Source of the DNA: Patescibacteria group bacterium
GTDB taxonomy: Bacteria; Patescibacteriota; Patescibacteriia; UBA2591; JAQUPP01
Direction: 5' to 3'
Length of the DNA: 35,312 nt
Assembly: GCA_028716665.1 (NCBI GenBank)
Contig: JAQUPP010000001.1
Location: forward strand, 1 to 35,312
Below the pieces are notes generated by a model. The model did not search any database and was not told the DNA's origin. It was given only the letters and a program-made list of their open reading frames with translations. A program made the translations under genes and the position numbers. Of the stretch, positions 8,567 through 16,483 are shown piece by piece (the first letter of the stretch is position 1; each line of letters begins with the position of its first letter).

Positions 8567-9829
8567 TTAATCGTTAATTTTTTCAGCTGCGTGGGTTCCG
8601 GCTGCGTAACCGGTACTCCAGCAAATTTGAAGATTATATCCGCCGGTCGGACCGTCAAGATCCAAAATTTCGCCGGCAAAAAACAAATTATCAATAATTT
8701 TAGATTTCATTGTTTTTGAATCCACTTCTTTCAAACTGACGCCGCCGCTGGTCGCGATCGCCTGATCATATCCCATTAATCCCACCACTGACACTTTCAT
8801 TTCTTTTAAAAGATGAACTAAAATTTTCCTCTCTTCTTTGGTAATGGCGTTAATTTTCGTATTGGCAATAATTCCGGATAATTTGATTATCACGCCGATC
8901 ATTTTTTTGGGAACAAGCTGAGGCAGATAATTTTCAAAATTTTTATTCGCGTTTTCCTGAAAATCTCTTTTTAACCGCTCGTCAAGATGCTTGAAATCAA
9001 GCGCCGGCTTGAAATCAATTTCAATCTCCACTTCTCCCTTTTTAAGAAGTTCTCCAATTTCCCTGCTCGCATCAAGAATAATCGGACCGCTTAATCCAAA
9101 ATGAGTAAAAATCATTTCGCCGAAACGAGTGGCTTGTTTTTTATTATTTTGAAAAATATTAATCGCGACATTTTTTAAACTCAATCCTTGCAAATATTGA
9201 ATCCAAGATTCATTGGTTCTGATAGGAACAAGCGTCGGATCTGTTTCAGTAATAGTATGTCCCATTCTTTTTGCCCATTGATAACCGTCGCCCGTTGATC
9301 CGGTGGTCGGATAAGATTTTCCGCCCGTGGCGATAATATAATTGCGCGCCTGAACAAACCCGTCTTTTAATTTTATTTTTTCAATTCGGTTATTTTCCAA
9401 TTTAAAATCAAAAATTTCCGACCCGTAAATAAATTTAACTTTGTTTTCTTTGAGATATCTTTGTAAAACTTTCAACACATCTTCCGCCTGGTCAGATGTC
9501 GGAAAAACTCTTTTTCCTCTTTCCGTTTTAAGCGGCAAATTATGAGATTTGAAAAATTGCATTGTTTCTTCCGGACCAAAACAAGCCAATGATGAAAATA
9601 AAAACTTTCCGTTCGCGCCGATTTTTTTAATGAATTCTCTGTTATCCGGTTGATTCTGCGTCAGATTACATCTGCCTTTTCCGGTCATAAGCAATTTTTT
9701 CCCGAGATTGTTATTTTTTTCCAAAAGCACCACGCTGGCGCCCAATTCCGCCGCTCTTCCGGCTGCCATCATTCCCGCCGGTCCGCCGCCGATAACCGCC
9801 ACGTCAAATATTTCTATGGTTTCTTGCAT
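8567..9829 (-). CDS. HI0933/BaiN-like NAD(FAD)-utilising flavoprotein
   Basis: 420 aa. N-terminal FAD fold VAVIGGGPAGMMAAGRAAELG, then LLEKNNNLGKKLLMTGKGRCNLT, and C-terminal FFAGEILDLDGPTGGYNLQ. Confidence 0.85.
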   Translation of the reverse strand: MQETIEIFDVAVIGGGPAGMMAAGRAAELGASVVLLEKNNNLGKKLLMTGKGRCNLTQNQPDNREFIKKIGANGKFLFSSLACFGPEETMQFFKSHNLPLKTERGKRVFPTSDQAEDVLKVLQRYLKENKVKFIYGSEIFDFKLENNRIEKIKLKDGFVQARNYIIATGGKSYPTTGSTGDGYQWAKRMGHTITETDPTLVPIRTNESWIQYLQGLSLKNVAINIFQNNKKQATRFGEMIFTHFGLSGPIILDASREIGELLKKGEVEIEIDFKPALDFKHLDERLKRDFQENANKNFENYLPQLVPKKMIGVIIKLSGIIANTKINAITKEERKILVHLLKEMKVSVVGLMGYDQAIATSGGVSLKEVDSKTMKSKIIDNLFFAGEILDLDGPTGGYNLQICWSTGYAAGTHAAEKIND

Positions 9830-9841
9830 AAAAAATTAAAA

Positions 9842-11095
9842 TTAATATCTTCTGGGTTTATGAAATCTATATGATCGATAATCATCTCTGTTTTTTGGCG
9901 CCGTATTTTCCCGTCTTCTTGGCGCTTCTGTTTTTTGTTGCGTTAATCCTTTTCTCATTGGAGGAAGTTCCGGAGTTTTTGAAATTGGAATATTTTTTCT
10001 GACCAAACGTTCAATGTCCCGCAATTCCCCTCTTTGATATGGAGTGGCAAACGATATGGCGTGTCCGACCGCTCCGGCTCGCGCTGTTCGGCCGATGCGA
10101 TGCACATAATCTTCGCTGTTTTCCGGCAAATCATAATTGATAACCAATTCAATGCCGACAACATCCACTCCGCGAGACGCGACATCGGTCGCAACCAATA
10201 CTCTGTATTTTCCGGTTTTAAATCCGGTAAGCGCTTCTCTGCGCTGGCCAAGAGATCGGTTTGAATGAATTTCATTTGCCGTATATCCCAAAGACTGAAT
10301 TGATTCGTTTAATTTTTTCGCGCCGTGTTTTGTCCGCGTAAAAATAAGGACCGATCCTTTATATTGCGTTAATAATTTTTCCAATAATGGAAATTTATCT
10401 TGTTGCGGAATAATAAAAATTTCTTGCGTAACTTTATCCACGGTTGTTCCGGTCGGCGCGACTTCAATTTGTATCGGAAGTTTCATGTAAGTTTTTGCCA
10501 TGGTCAAAATTTCAGCCGGCATGGTGGCGGAAAAAAGCATGGTTTGTCTTTCCGGAGAAATTGCCTGAAATATGGTTTTGATTTGCGGCGCAAATCCCAT
10601 ATCCAACATTCGGTCAGCTTCATCCAGGACTGCAATAACCACATTATTAAGCCGAACTGTTCTTTGCTGAAGATGATCATTTAAACGGCCGGGCGTAGCG
10701 ATAATAATATGAGGGCTTCTGTTTAAAGCGCGAATTTGCGCTCCCATCGGCGCTCCGCCAATAACCACGGCGGTTCTTAATCCCACTGCCGCGCCCACTT
10801 TGTATAATGCTTCATCAACTTGCAAAGCAAGTTCGCGAGTAGGAAGAACAACAAGCCCGCAACCTTTTATTTGATTAAGGCGTTGAATCATCGGCAATCC
10901 GAAAGCAAGTGTTTTCCCGGTTCCAGTTTGAGCAATACCAACCACATCTTTTCCTTCAAGAGCTATTGGAATTGTTTTTTGTTGAATCGGTGTCGGAACA
11001 GTAAGATTTAATTTTAAGAGACTGTTGTAAAGCGCCGGAGCAATGCCGAGTTCGGCAAAATTTTGAACTGCAGTTTGTGGTGAATTTTGAGTCAT
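9842..11095 (-). CDS. DEAD-box ATP-dependent RNA helicase
   Basis: Motifs: Q motif (F..LG...L......PTPIQ), AQTGTGKT, PTRELA, DEAD, SAT, HRIGRTARAG. Basic C-terminal tail. Confidence 0.93.
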   Translation of the reverse strand: MTQNSPQTAVQNFAELGIAPALYNSLLKLNLTVPTPIQQKTIPIALEGKDVVGIAQTGTGKTLAFGLPMIQRLNQIKGCGLVVLPTRELALQVDEALYKVGAAVGLRTAVVIGGAPMGAQIRALNRSPHIIIATPGRLNDHLQQRTVRLNNVVIAVLDEADRMLDMGFAPQIKTIFQAISPERQTMLFSATMPAEILTMAKTYMKLPIQIEVAPTGTTVDKVTQEIFIIPQQDKFPLLEKLLTQYKGSVLIFTRTKHGAKKLNESIQSLGYTANEIHSNRSLGQRREALTGFKTGKYRVLVATDVASRGVDVVGIELVINYDLPENSEDYVHRIGRTARAGAVGHAISFATPYQRGELRDIERLVRKNIPISKTPELPPMRKGLTQQKTEAPRRRENTAPKNRDDYRSYRFHKPRRY

Positions 11096-11139
11096 AAAAT
11101 ATAATTTTAATACATTTAATTAATAAGGTTGAAATGAAT

Positions 11140-11733
11140 TTATTTTTTAACAGCGAATAATTTTTTAAAAATTTTGCGATGATAAACAGAAAAAATAAGA
11201 GAAATACACAAAACTACCAAATATACGGGAAAAGCGCACGATGAAAAATTCCATATTTTTATCGCCGCAAAACTTGTAAGCGCATTAAATAACCCGGTGA
11301 TGTAAGCAGTAACAGTTTCTGTTTCCGGATATTTCCACGATTTTACTAAAGTTGGAATTCCCGCAAATCCATCACTCGCGATCGCGAATATAATTGCGAT
11401 AATCGGCTCTTTGGTCAAACCCCAAAGAATAAGCGCCAATATTGAACAAAGACCGCAAAGATAATCAAATTTTTCCAATTTCCAATAAGAATTTTTATTT
11501 ACAAAAGAAGCGACAAAAATTAATAAAGGGCAAAGCCCTGCCATAAAAACAGACAAAACAGACCATCTCACTCCGCTTGAAAGTGCCGCAAAGGTCGCTA
11601 TTAATGGAGCGACAGACCACATTAACCAAGTAACTTTATTCGGCTTGGTGTTCCCTTTTAAAGTTTCTTTTATATAAGAAAATGCTCCAAATAAATTAAC
11701 CGCGGCTCCGACAAAAACTAAATATTGCAACAT
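11140..11733 (-). CDS. Hypothetical integral membrane protein (about 6 TM)
   Basis: 197-aa hydrophobic ORF. No recognisable family. Confidence 0.55.
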   Translation of the reverse strand: MLQYLVFVGAAVNLFGAFSYIKETLKGNTKPNKVTWLMWSVAPLIATFAALSSGVRWSVLSVFMAGLCPLLIFVASFVNKNSYWKLEKFDYLCGLCSILALILWGLTKEPIIAIIFAIASDGFAGIPTLVKSWKYPETETVTAYITGLFNALTSFAAIKIWNFSSCAFPVYLVVLCISLIFSVYHRKIFKKLFAVKK

Positions 11734-11761
11734 AATTTATTATAACTTTTTTAAAATTTAC

Positions 11762-12496
11762 TTAAAAATCCAGACTCAAAGCCAAATGATCTGATATTAC
11801 GTCTTGAATGACTTCAAAATTTTTCACTTTTATTTCCGGCGAAACTAAAACATAATCGGCGAATTTTATATCCTTTTTGTAAAGATGGCTCCTGGTTGAA
11901 GTAACATTATATTCCTTAATTAAATTTTTCATTGAACTTTCCAATATTGCCATGCTTTTTGTATCCGGAGTCAGATTGAAATCACCGCACAAAATTTTTA
12001 AACCGTCAAAATTATCTAAAAATTTCTTTGTATTTTCCGACTGTTCCAATCTTATCGGATTATCTTTTTTAAAGTCAGGGCACCATTGGCCGTGCAAATT
12101 ACAAATCATGTGTTCTTTTCCGTCTTTTATAAATTTCAGATATTGGAGATTTACTCCCCACGTGGTAAGGTCTTCGTTTTCCATCGCATTTTTCCAGCGA
12201 TAAACAAAATGGTCGCCGATTTCTTTAATATCCAAATCTTTTCTGATAAACATGGCCAAACTTTCTTCATTATCCTGTCTTGGAGCAAAATATCCATTAA
12301 ATTCTTTCAATATACTGGCAATGTCTTGATAGATGTCTTCTTTTGCGCTTTGCTGAACTTTACTTTTTGTATGTAATGGATTATTAAAAACTTCTTGCAA
12401 GCAAAAAATGTCCGTATCTTGGGCGTGTTTTTTAAAAAAATCCATCAAGGGATTAAATACTCTCCCTCCCCAAATATTGAGTGTAATTAATTTCAT
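11762..12496 (-). CDS. Endonuclease/exonuclease/phosphatase (EEP) family protein
   Basis: 244 aa. Motifs: MKLITLNIWGG start, DIFCLQEV, GDFN, and SDH near the C-terminus. Confidence 0.7.
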   Translation of the reverse strand: MKLITLNIWGGRVFNPLMDFFKKHAQDTDIFCLQEVFNNPLHTKSKVQQSAKEDIYQDIASILKEFNGYFAPRQDNEESLAMFIRKDLDIKEIGDHFVYRWKNAMENEDLTTWGVNLQYLKFIKDGKEHMICNLHGQWCPDFKKDNPIRLEQSENTKKFLDNFDGLKILCGDFNLTPDTKSMAILESSMKNLIKEYNVTSTRSHLYKKDIKFADYVLVSPEIKVKNFEVIQDVISDHLALSLDF

Positions 12497-12507
12497 TTTA
12501 TTTAAAA

Positions 12508-13278
12508 TTAAAGTGTTTGATTGAATTTTTTATTTACGGCCCAAATAAATCCCATTTTTTTATCAAATTTTGAAGGAAAAGTCTGGACACCGAAACCTTT
12601 CTCGCGTAAATGATTTTCTAAAATTTGGTGATGATTTCCTTTATTTTCATGATATTCCAAAATAATTGATTCAACTCTGGCAAAATCTGCGGAGCTGAAA
12701 GAATTAATCAACCGATATTCCGCGCCTTCAATATCCATTTTCAATAGGGAAATTTTTTTAATTTTTTTCTGCTCACAAAAATCAGCCAAACTGAAAGTTT
12801 TTATTTCTTGATTTTTTTGTTCGCCAGTCAACTCATTTCCATTGGCTAAAAAATGATTGTGATTATCGGGCATTAAAATCAATTTTCCTTGACCGGATTT
12901 TTCCGCCATGGCCGCTTCAACAATTTCAATATTTGACAGCTGATTTTCCGAGATGTTTTGTTTTAAAATTTCAAGATTATTTTTTTCCGGTTCAAAAGCG
13001 TAAATTTTTACTCTCGGATTAAAACTGCGACAATAAAAAATAAATAAGCCGATGTGAGCGCCGACGTCAATAATCGGCATCGCGGCTTGTTTTATTTTTT
13101 CTTTAGCCTTGCGATATTCTTCAAATTTGAATATTTCGTTAAAAACGCTTTTATCAACTTCATCGCGCAAATAAATTCGCCAATTTTTATTTTTTCCGCT
13201 TGAGACGTGGACCCAAGTCTCATCAGCCTTGGGCTGAGACCGGCTTTGAGCTGGAAATTTTAAATTAACTTTTTCCAT
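12508..13278 (-). CDS. FkbM family SAM-dependent methyltransferase
   Basis: IIDVGAHIGLF SAM-binding loop, AFEP, and KMDIEGAEY motif characteristic of FkbM. Confidence 0.8.
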   Translation of the reverse strand: MEKVNLKFPAQSRSQPKADETWVHVSSGKNKNWRIYLRDEVDKSVFNEIFKFEEYRKAKEKIKQAAMPIIDVGAHIGLFIFYCRSFNPRVKIYAFEPEKNNLEILKQNISENQLSNIEIVEAAMAEKSGQGKLILMPDNHNHFLANGNELTGEQKNQEIKTFSLADFCEQKKIKKISLLKMDIEGAEYRLINSFSSADFARVESIILEYHENKGNHHQILENHLREKGFGVQTFPSKFDKKMGFIWAVNKKFNQTL

Positions 13279-13327
13279 TTTAAAATTCTATAAATCAACA
13301 AATTGAATGACTCTTCTTAAATAAAAC

Positions 13328-13354
13328 ATATAAATACGGAGGCGAGATGGTTCG
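13328..13354 (-). repeat. Partial copy of the tRNA-Ser 3' end plus its downstream flank
   Basis: ATATAAATACGGAGGCGAGA at 13328-13347 is identical to 13575-13594 at the real tRNA-Ser 3' end. It then continues with a degenerate T-arm (TGGTTCG). Confidence 0.6.
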
Positions 13355-13472
13355 ACAGGCTCACCATTCTCAAACCAATTTTTCATATTTCAAAAAATAA
13401 AAGTGCAGATCCTCCCGACCCTAAACTCAATACTTTTCTCCTTTCCGAAATAAAGTACTAAGCTTGTCGAAG

Positions 13473-13492
13473 TACGGAGGCGAGAGGATTCG
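13473..13492 (-). repeat. Partial copy of the tRNA-Ser 3' end
   Basis: TACGGAGGCGAGAGGATTCG is identical to 13582-13601 of the genuine tRNA-Ser. No matching 5' half is present. Confidence 0.6.
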
Positions 13493-13583
13493 CTTCTCGC
13501 CATTGCTATGGCTCGAAACCTTCGCCCCCTCGCCGGGGACTGCGGCCCGCGGTTCGAATCTTATCTATCTGTGTATATAAATA

Positions 13584-13670
13584 CGGAGGCGAGAGGATTC
13601 GAACCTCTGATACCCTTACGGATATAGCAGTTTTCGAAACTGCCGCTTTCGACCACTCAGCCACGCCTCC
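13584..13670 (-). tRNA. tRNA-Ser (anticodon CGA), class II with long variable arm, CCA not encoded
   Basis: Minus sense reads GGAGGCG-TG-GCT-GAGTGGTCGAA-AGC-G-GCAGT-TTCGAAA-ACTGC-(variable arm ATATCC GTAA GGGTAT)-AGAGG-TTCGAAT-CCTCT-CGCCTCC-G. The cloverleaf was folded by eye. Confidence 0.9.
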
Positions 13671-13796
13671 ACACCAAATGGGGATATTATATTTATCTCC
13701 CGTATATTTATCTTTATTAATGGTGCCATTAAAATATTATTTATTTTTTCCACGCCCGTTTGGTGTGGAGGCACGCCTCTTAAAGATAATTAAATT

Positions 13797-14057
13797 TTAT
13801 GCATTTTCTAATGTACTCTTGAGTCTCTTTTTTAATTGAGCAAAAGCTCTAGATTTTAACTTTAAATTATGTTCTCGATGTCTTGCGTCTTTTTCAGAAA
13901 AATAAGCTTCATAATAAATTAATTTTAATGGTCGATAAAAATTAGTAGAAACAACTTTTCCTAAATTATGTTCTTCTAATCTTTTGTTTAAATCTGAAGT
14001 TGATCCGATGTAAAACCACTTATTTTTAGAGCTTTTTAAAATATAAACAAAAAACAT
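13797..14057 (-). CDS. Stand-alone GIY-YIG nuclease domain protein (COG2827/UPF0213-like)
   Basis: 86 aa. Motifs: FVYILKSSKNKWFYIGSTSDLNKRLEEHN...YYE...A..RE..LK. Confidence 0.85.
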   Translation of the reverse strand: MFFVYILKSSKNKWFYIGSTSDLNKRLEEHNLGKVVSTNFYRPLKLIYYEAYFSEKDARHREHNLKLKSRAFAQLKKRLKSTLENA

Positions 14058-14116
14058 ATTGATATATCTTAAGTATGATATTTTTTAACAATAAGTCAAA
14101 TTTTAAAAAATAAAAC

Positions 14117-14141
14117 GGCGGGAGAATATTTTTCTCCCGCC
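14117..14141 (-). terminator. Intrinsic terminator of the 14146-14556 gene
   Basis: GGCGGGAGA-loop-TCTCCCGCC stem, followed on the minus strand by GTTTTATTTTTT. Confidence 0.7.
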
Positions 14142-14145
14142 TTAT

Positions 14146-14556
14146 TTATTTCTGTTTTTCCGGCTCTATTGCTTTATGCAAAGCCTTAATTTCATCTCCT
14201 CCCTCTGCCCAGAATCTTAGATAGCACGCCGCCGTCTCCAATTTGGTAAATGTTCTTTTTGCAATGGAGAAAATTGAAGGATCAGGAAAATCAGTTTCAT
14301 CGGCAAAAATGATTGTTATACTCTTTCGATAAGCTATTCCGGCCCAAAGTCCCATTTCAAAACAATCAATAATTTTCTTGGGACGAAATACAAACAGAAT
14401 ATCACATTGTTCCACTGCTTTCAAATTGTCGCGCACATAATATAGCGGATAATCTGACGCCTCAAGCGGATTACAAATTTCATATCCGTCCTTTAATGTT
14501 TCAATCGTCATTTTTCGCCAAATCCCAAAATCTCCTGCAAGATAAATTTTTTTCAT
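14146..14556 (-). CDS. Nucleoside 2-deoxyribosyltransferase-like (flavodoxin-like fold) protein
   Basis: 136 aa. Motifs: MKKIYLAG start, CDILFV, and D.FEMGLWAGIAY, resembling the NDT/YtoQ-type pattern (D.G...E.G.A). The assignment is from motif memory only. It has its own promoter: TTGACA (14608-14613), a 16-nt spacer, TATACT (14586-14591). Confidence 0.45.
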   Translation of the reverse strand: MKKIYLAGDFGIWRKMTIETLKDGYEICNPLEASDYPLYYVRDNLKAVEQCDILFVFRPKKIIDCFEMGLWAGIAYRKSITIIFADETDFPDPSIFSIAKRTFTKLETAACYLRFWAEGGDEIKALHKAIEPEKQK

Positions 14557-14629
14557 TTCTCCCCCCTTATTTTATAATTAAATAAAGTATAACAAATTTT
14601 TAAAATTTGTCAAGAAAAACCAAAAGGGG

Positions 14630-15055
14630 CTATTTTAGCCCCTTTTTCTTAATTTTAATCATCTCTAAACCCGGATTAAATGTTCCTAACCCGACAATCA
14701 AAAAACTTATCCAAAAAAAATCAGATGCTATGCCCTTTAAACAAATAGTTTTAAACCGCAGAAAAGGATAAACCAAAAAAGTAAGCATTGCCGCATAACT
14801 GAAAATAAATAGATATACGCGAGATATCTTGCAACGCAAGGTTTCTTCTTCTTTTTTCTGACTATGCTTGATAAGAGAATAGTTGTCGTACACTATTTGT
14901 GCTAAAATATACAGAATTATTATTTCTGCCACAAATGATAATATTGATAATAATTCAGATATTTCACCGCAGAAACCCATCCAAAAAAAATACCAATAAA
15001 CAATGGTGACTATACCTAAAAAATTTAAAGATAATTTTATAAAGAACTTTTTCAC
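14630..15055 (-). CDS. Small 4-TM membrane protein, paralogue A (GTG start)
   Basis: 141 aa, MKKFF...IKIKKKGLK. Shares nucleotide-identical 5' and 3' ends with 15147-15536. Confidence 0.6.
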   Translation of the reverse strand: MKKFFIKLSLNFLGIVTIVYWYFFWMGFCGEISELLSILSFVAEIIILYILAQIVYDNYSLIKHSQKKEEETLRCKISRVYLFIFSYAAMLTFLVYPFLRFKTICLKGIASDFFWISFLIVGLGTFNPGLEMIKIKKKGLK

Positions 15056-15146
15056 CTCTTCCCCCTTTTGTCCGCTGATAGGCAGACTTTATTTAATTGT
15101 TGTTTAGTGTAACAGATTGTAAAAATTTGTCAATATAAAAAAGGGG

Positions 15147-15536
15147 CTATTTTAGCCCCTTTTTCTTAATTTTAATAATTTCTATACCTTTAAATAAAGC
15201 CATAAATCCAACAAATACCTGAACCGCCCAAATCATATCTGTGGCTATATTGCCATAACCCGAGCCTCGTAAATTAAAATAATTCCATCCGGTAAACATT
15301 GCTCCGATTCCAAAAACAAGCAAATATAATTGAATTGGTTTATGACAAGGCATAAGCTGGTTATATTCTAATATGTTTATCAGAATACCCGTGCCTATTA
15401 TTATCACGAAAAATAACCAACCCAATATTCCGGATTGCATGCTACCGTGAACTGTCAACCAAAAGATAAAAAAATAACCAACCGCGACTCCGATGGCGAA
15501 AAAATATAAAAATATATTTGAAAAGAACTTTTTCAT
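15147..15536 (-). CDS. Small 4-TM membrane protein, paralogue B
   Basis: 129 aa, MKKFF...IKIKKKGLK. GGGGG Shine-Dalgarno. The terminator hairpin overlaps the last codons. Confidence 0.6.
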   Translation of the reverse strand: MKKFFSNIFLYFFAIGVAVGYFFIFWLTVHGSMQSGILGWLFFVIIIGTGILINILEYNQLMPCHKPIQLYLLVFGIGAMFTGWNYFNLRGSGYGNIATDMIWAVQVFVGFMALFKGIEIIKIKKKGLK

Positions 15537-15598
15537 TTTTCCCCCTTTTTCTAATTATCTTTAATAATGTCAAATTTTAGACAAATCGTCAATAGATT

Positions 15599-16477
15599 TT
15601 ATTTAACATTAACAATTTCTTGATATTCTTGCAAAAATTTTTCATTAAAAATTTGTGAGCCGTATTCTACTTTCACCTCCTCTACGTCCGCAATTATTCT
15701 TGTGCGCGCATATTCCTTTTCTATTTTGTTACTCATTTCTTTATACTCCTGTATATGAGTAATAATATTATCTATTGTTTTTTCTAAATTAATTCTATCT
15801 TCTGTCTCGGCGGATTCGCCCGGTTTTGAATTTTTTGTATTATCAGGATGTCGCTTATTCATAATTTCAACGAATTTATCTAAATCAATAATACCACTTC
15901 CTTCTATGGTTGTGAAAGAGCCTTTCAACTGTAAATCATTCTGAATAATCCCTTCCCAATCAACCCAAAATTGGATTTTTTTACCATCAGACAGGGATTT
16001 TAATTTGGTCGGTTTTAATCCATCTTCCCAAAGTGGTCGTTGTTGGTGCTCCCATATAAATTTTCCCGCACCCTTATCTTCCATAAAAATAACAGTATAT
16101 GATTGACGAAAAAAAGATATATTACCTGCATTAATAGAATCAATAGCCGCATCAAATTGATCTCCTACTTCTTGGGCATATTCTTGATGCATTTGGATTT
16201 CTTCTTCTGACATGTTTTCTTGTTCTTCTGCCGGATCTACTTGTTCTTGGGTTGTCTGTTGCTGTGATTCTTGGTGTCTAAAAAAAGTAAATGCTTCGGC
16301 GGTAGCAAAATTAGTTAAAAGACCTAACCCGAAAATTAAATCTCTGACCGGCCTTGGTACGCCGCCAAATCTGAATTTTGAAAATAATTTATTTTCTTTA
16401 TCTTTAATCTCGGTTATCGGATCTTTTTTCTCGATTTCCGACTCTTGTCCTGTAAATTGTTCGTAAGATCTTTCCAT
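15599..16477 (-). CDS. Hypothetical acidic protein with one predicted TM/hydrophobic segment
   Basis: 292-aa ORF. No recognisable family. Confidence 0.5.
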   Translation of the reverse strand: MERSYEQFTGQESEIEKKDPITEIKDKENKLFSKFRFGGVPRPVRDLIFGLGLLTNFATAEAFTFFRHQESQQQTTQEQVDPAEEQENMSEEEIQMHQEYAQEVGDQFDAAIDSINAGNISFFRQSYTVIFMEDKGAGKFIWEHQQRPLWEDGLKPTKLKSLSDGKKIQFWVDWEGIIQNDLQLKGSFTTIEGSGIIDLDKFVEIMNKRHPDNTKNSKPGESAETEDRINLEKTIDNIITHIQEYKEMSNKIEKEYARTRIIADVEEVKVEYGSQIFNEKFLQEYQEIVNVK

Positions 16478-16483
16478 ATTTGA

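Noticed and set aside
8557-8694. N-terminal 46 codons of the tracked 159-aa MazG-like ORF
   Set aside because: This extension overlaps the 3' end of the flavoprotein gene by 128 nt in another frame. The conserved domain begins at the internal Met (8556).
13330-13583. Possible second tRNA, tmRNA or intron-containing tRNA downstream of tRNA-Ser
   Set aside because: Only the 3' acceptor/T-arm portion is duplicated. I could not fold a matching 5' acceptor strand, D-arm or anticodon arm, and no tmRNA-type GGGG...CCACCA ends are present. I treated these as tRNA-end fragments.
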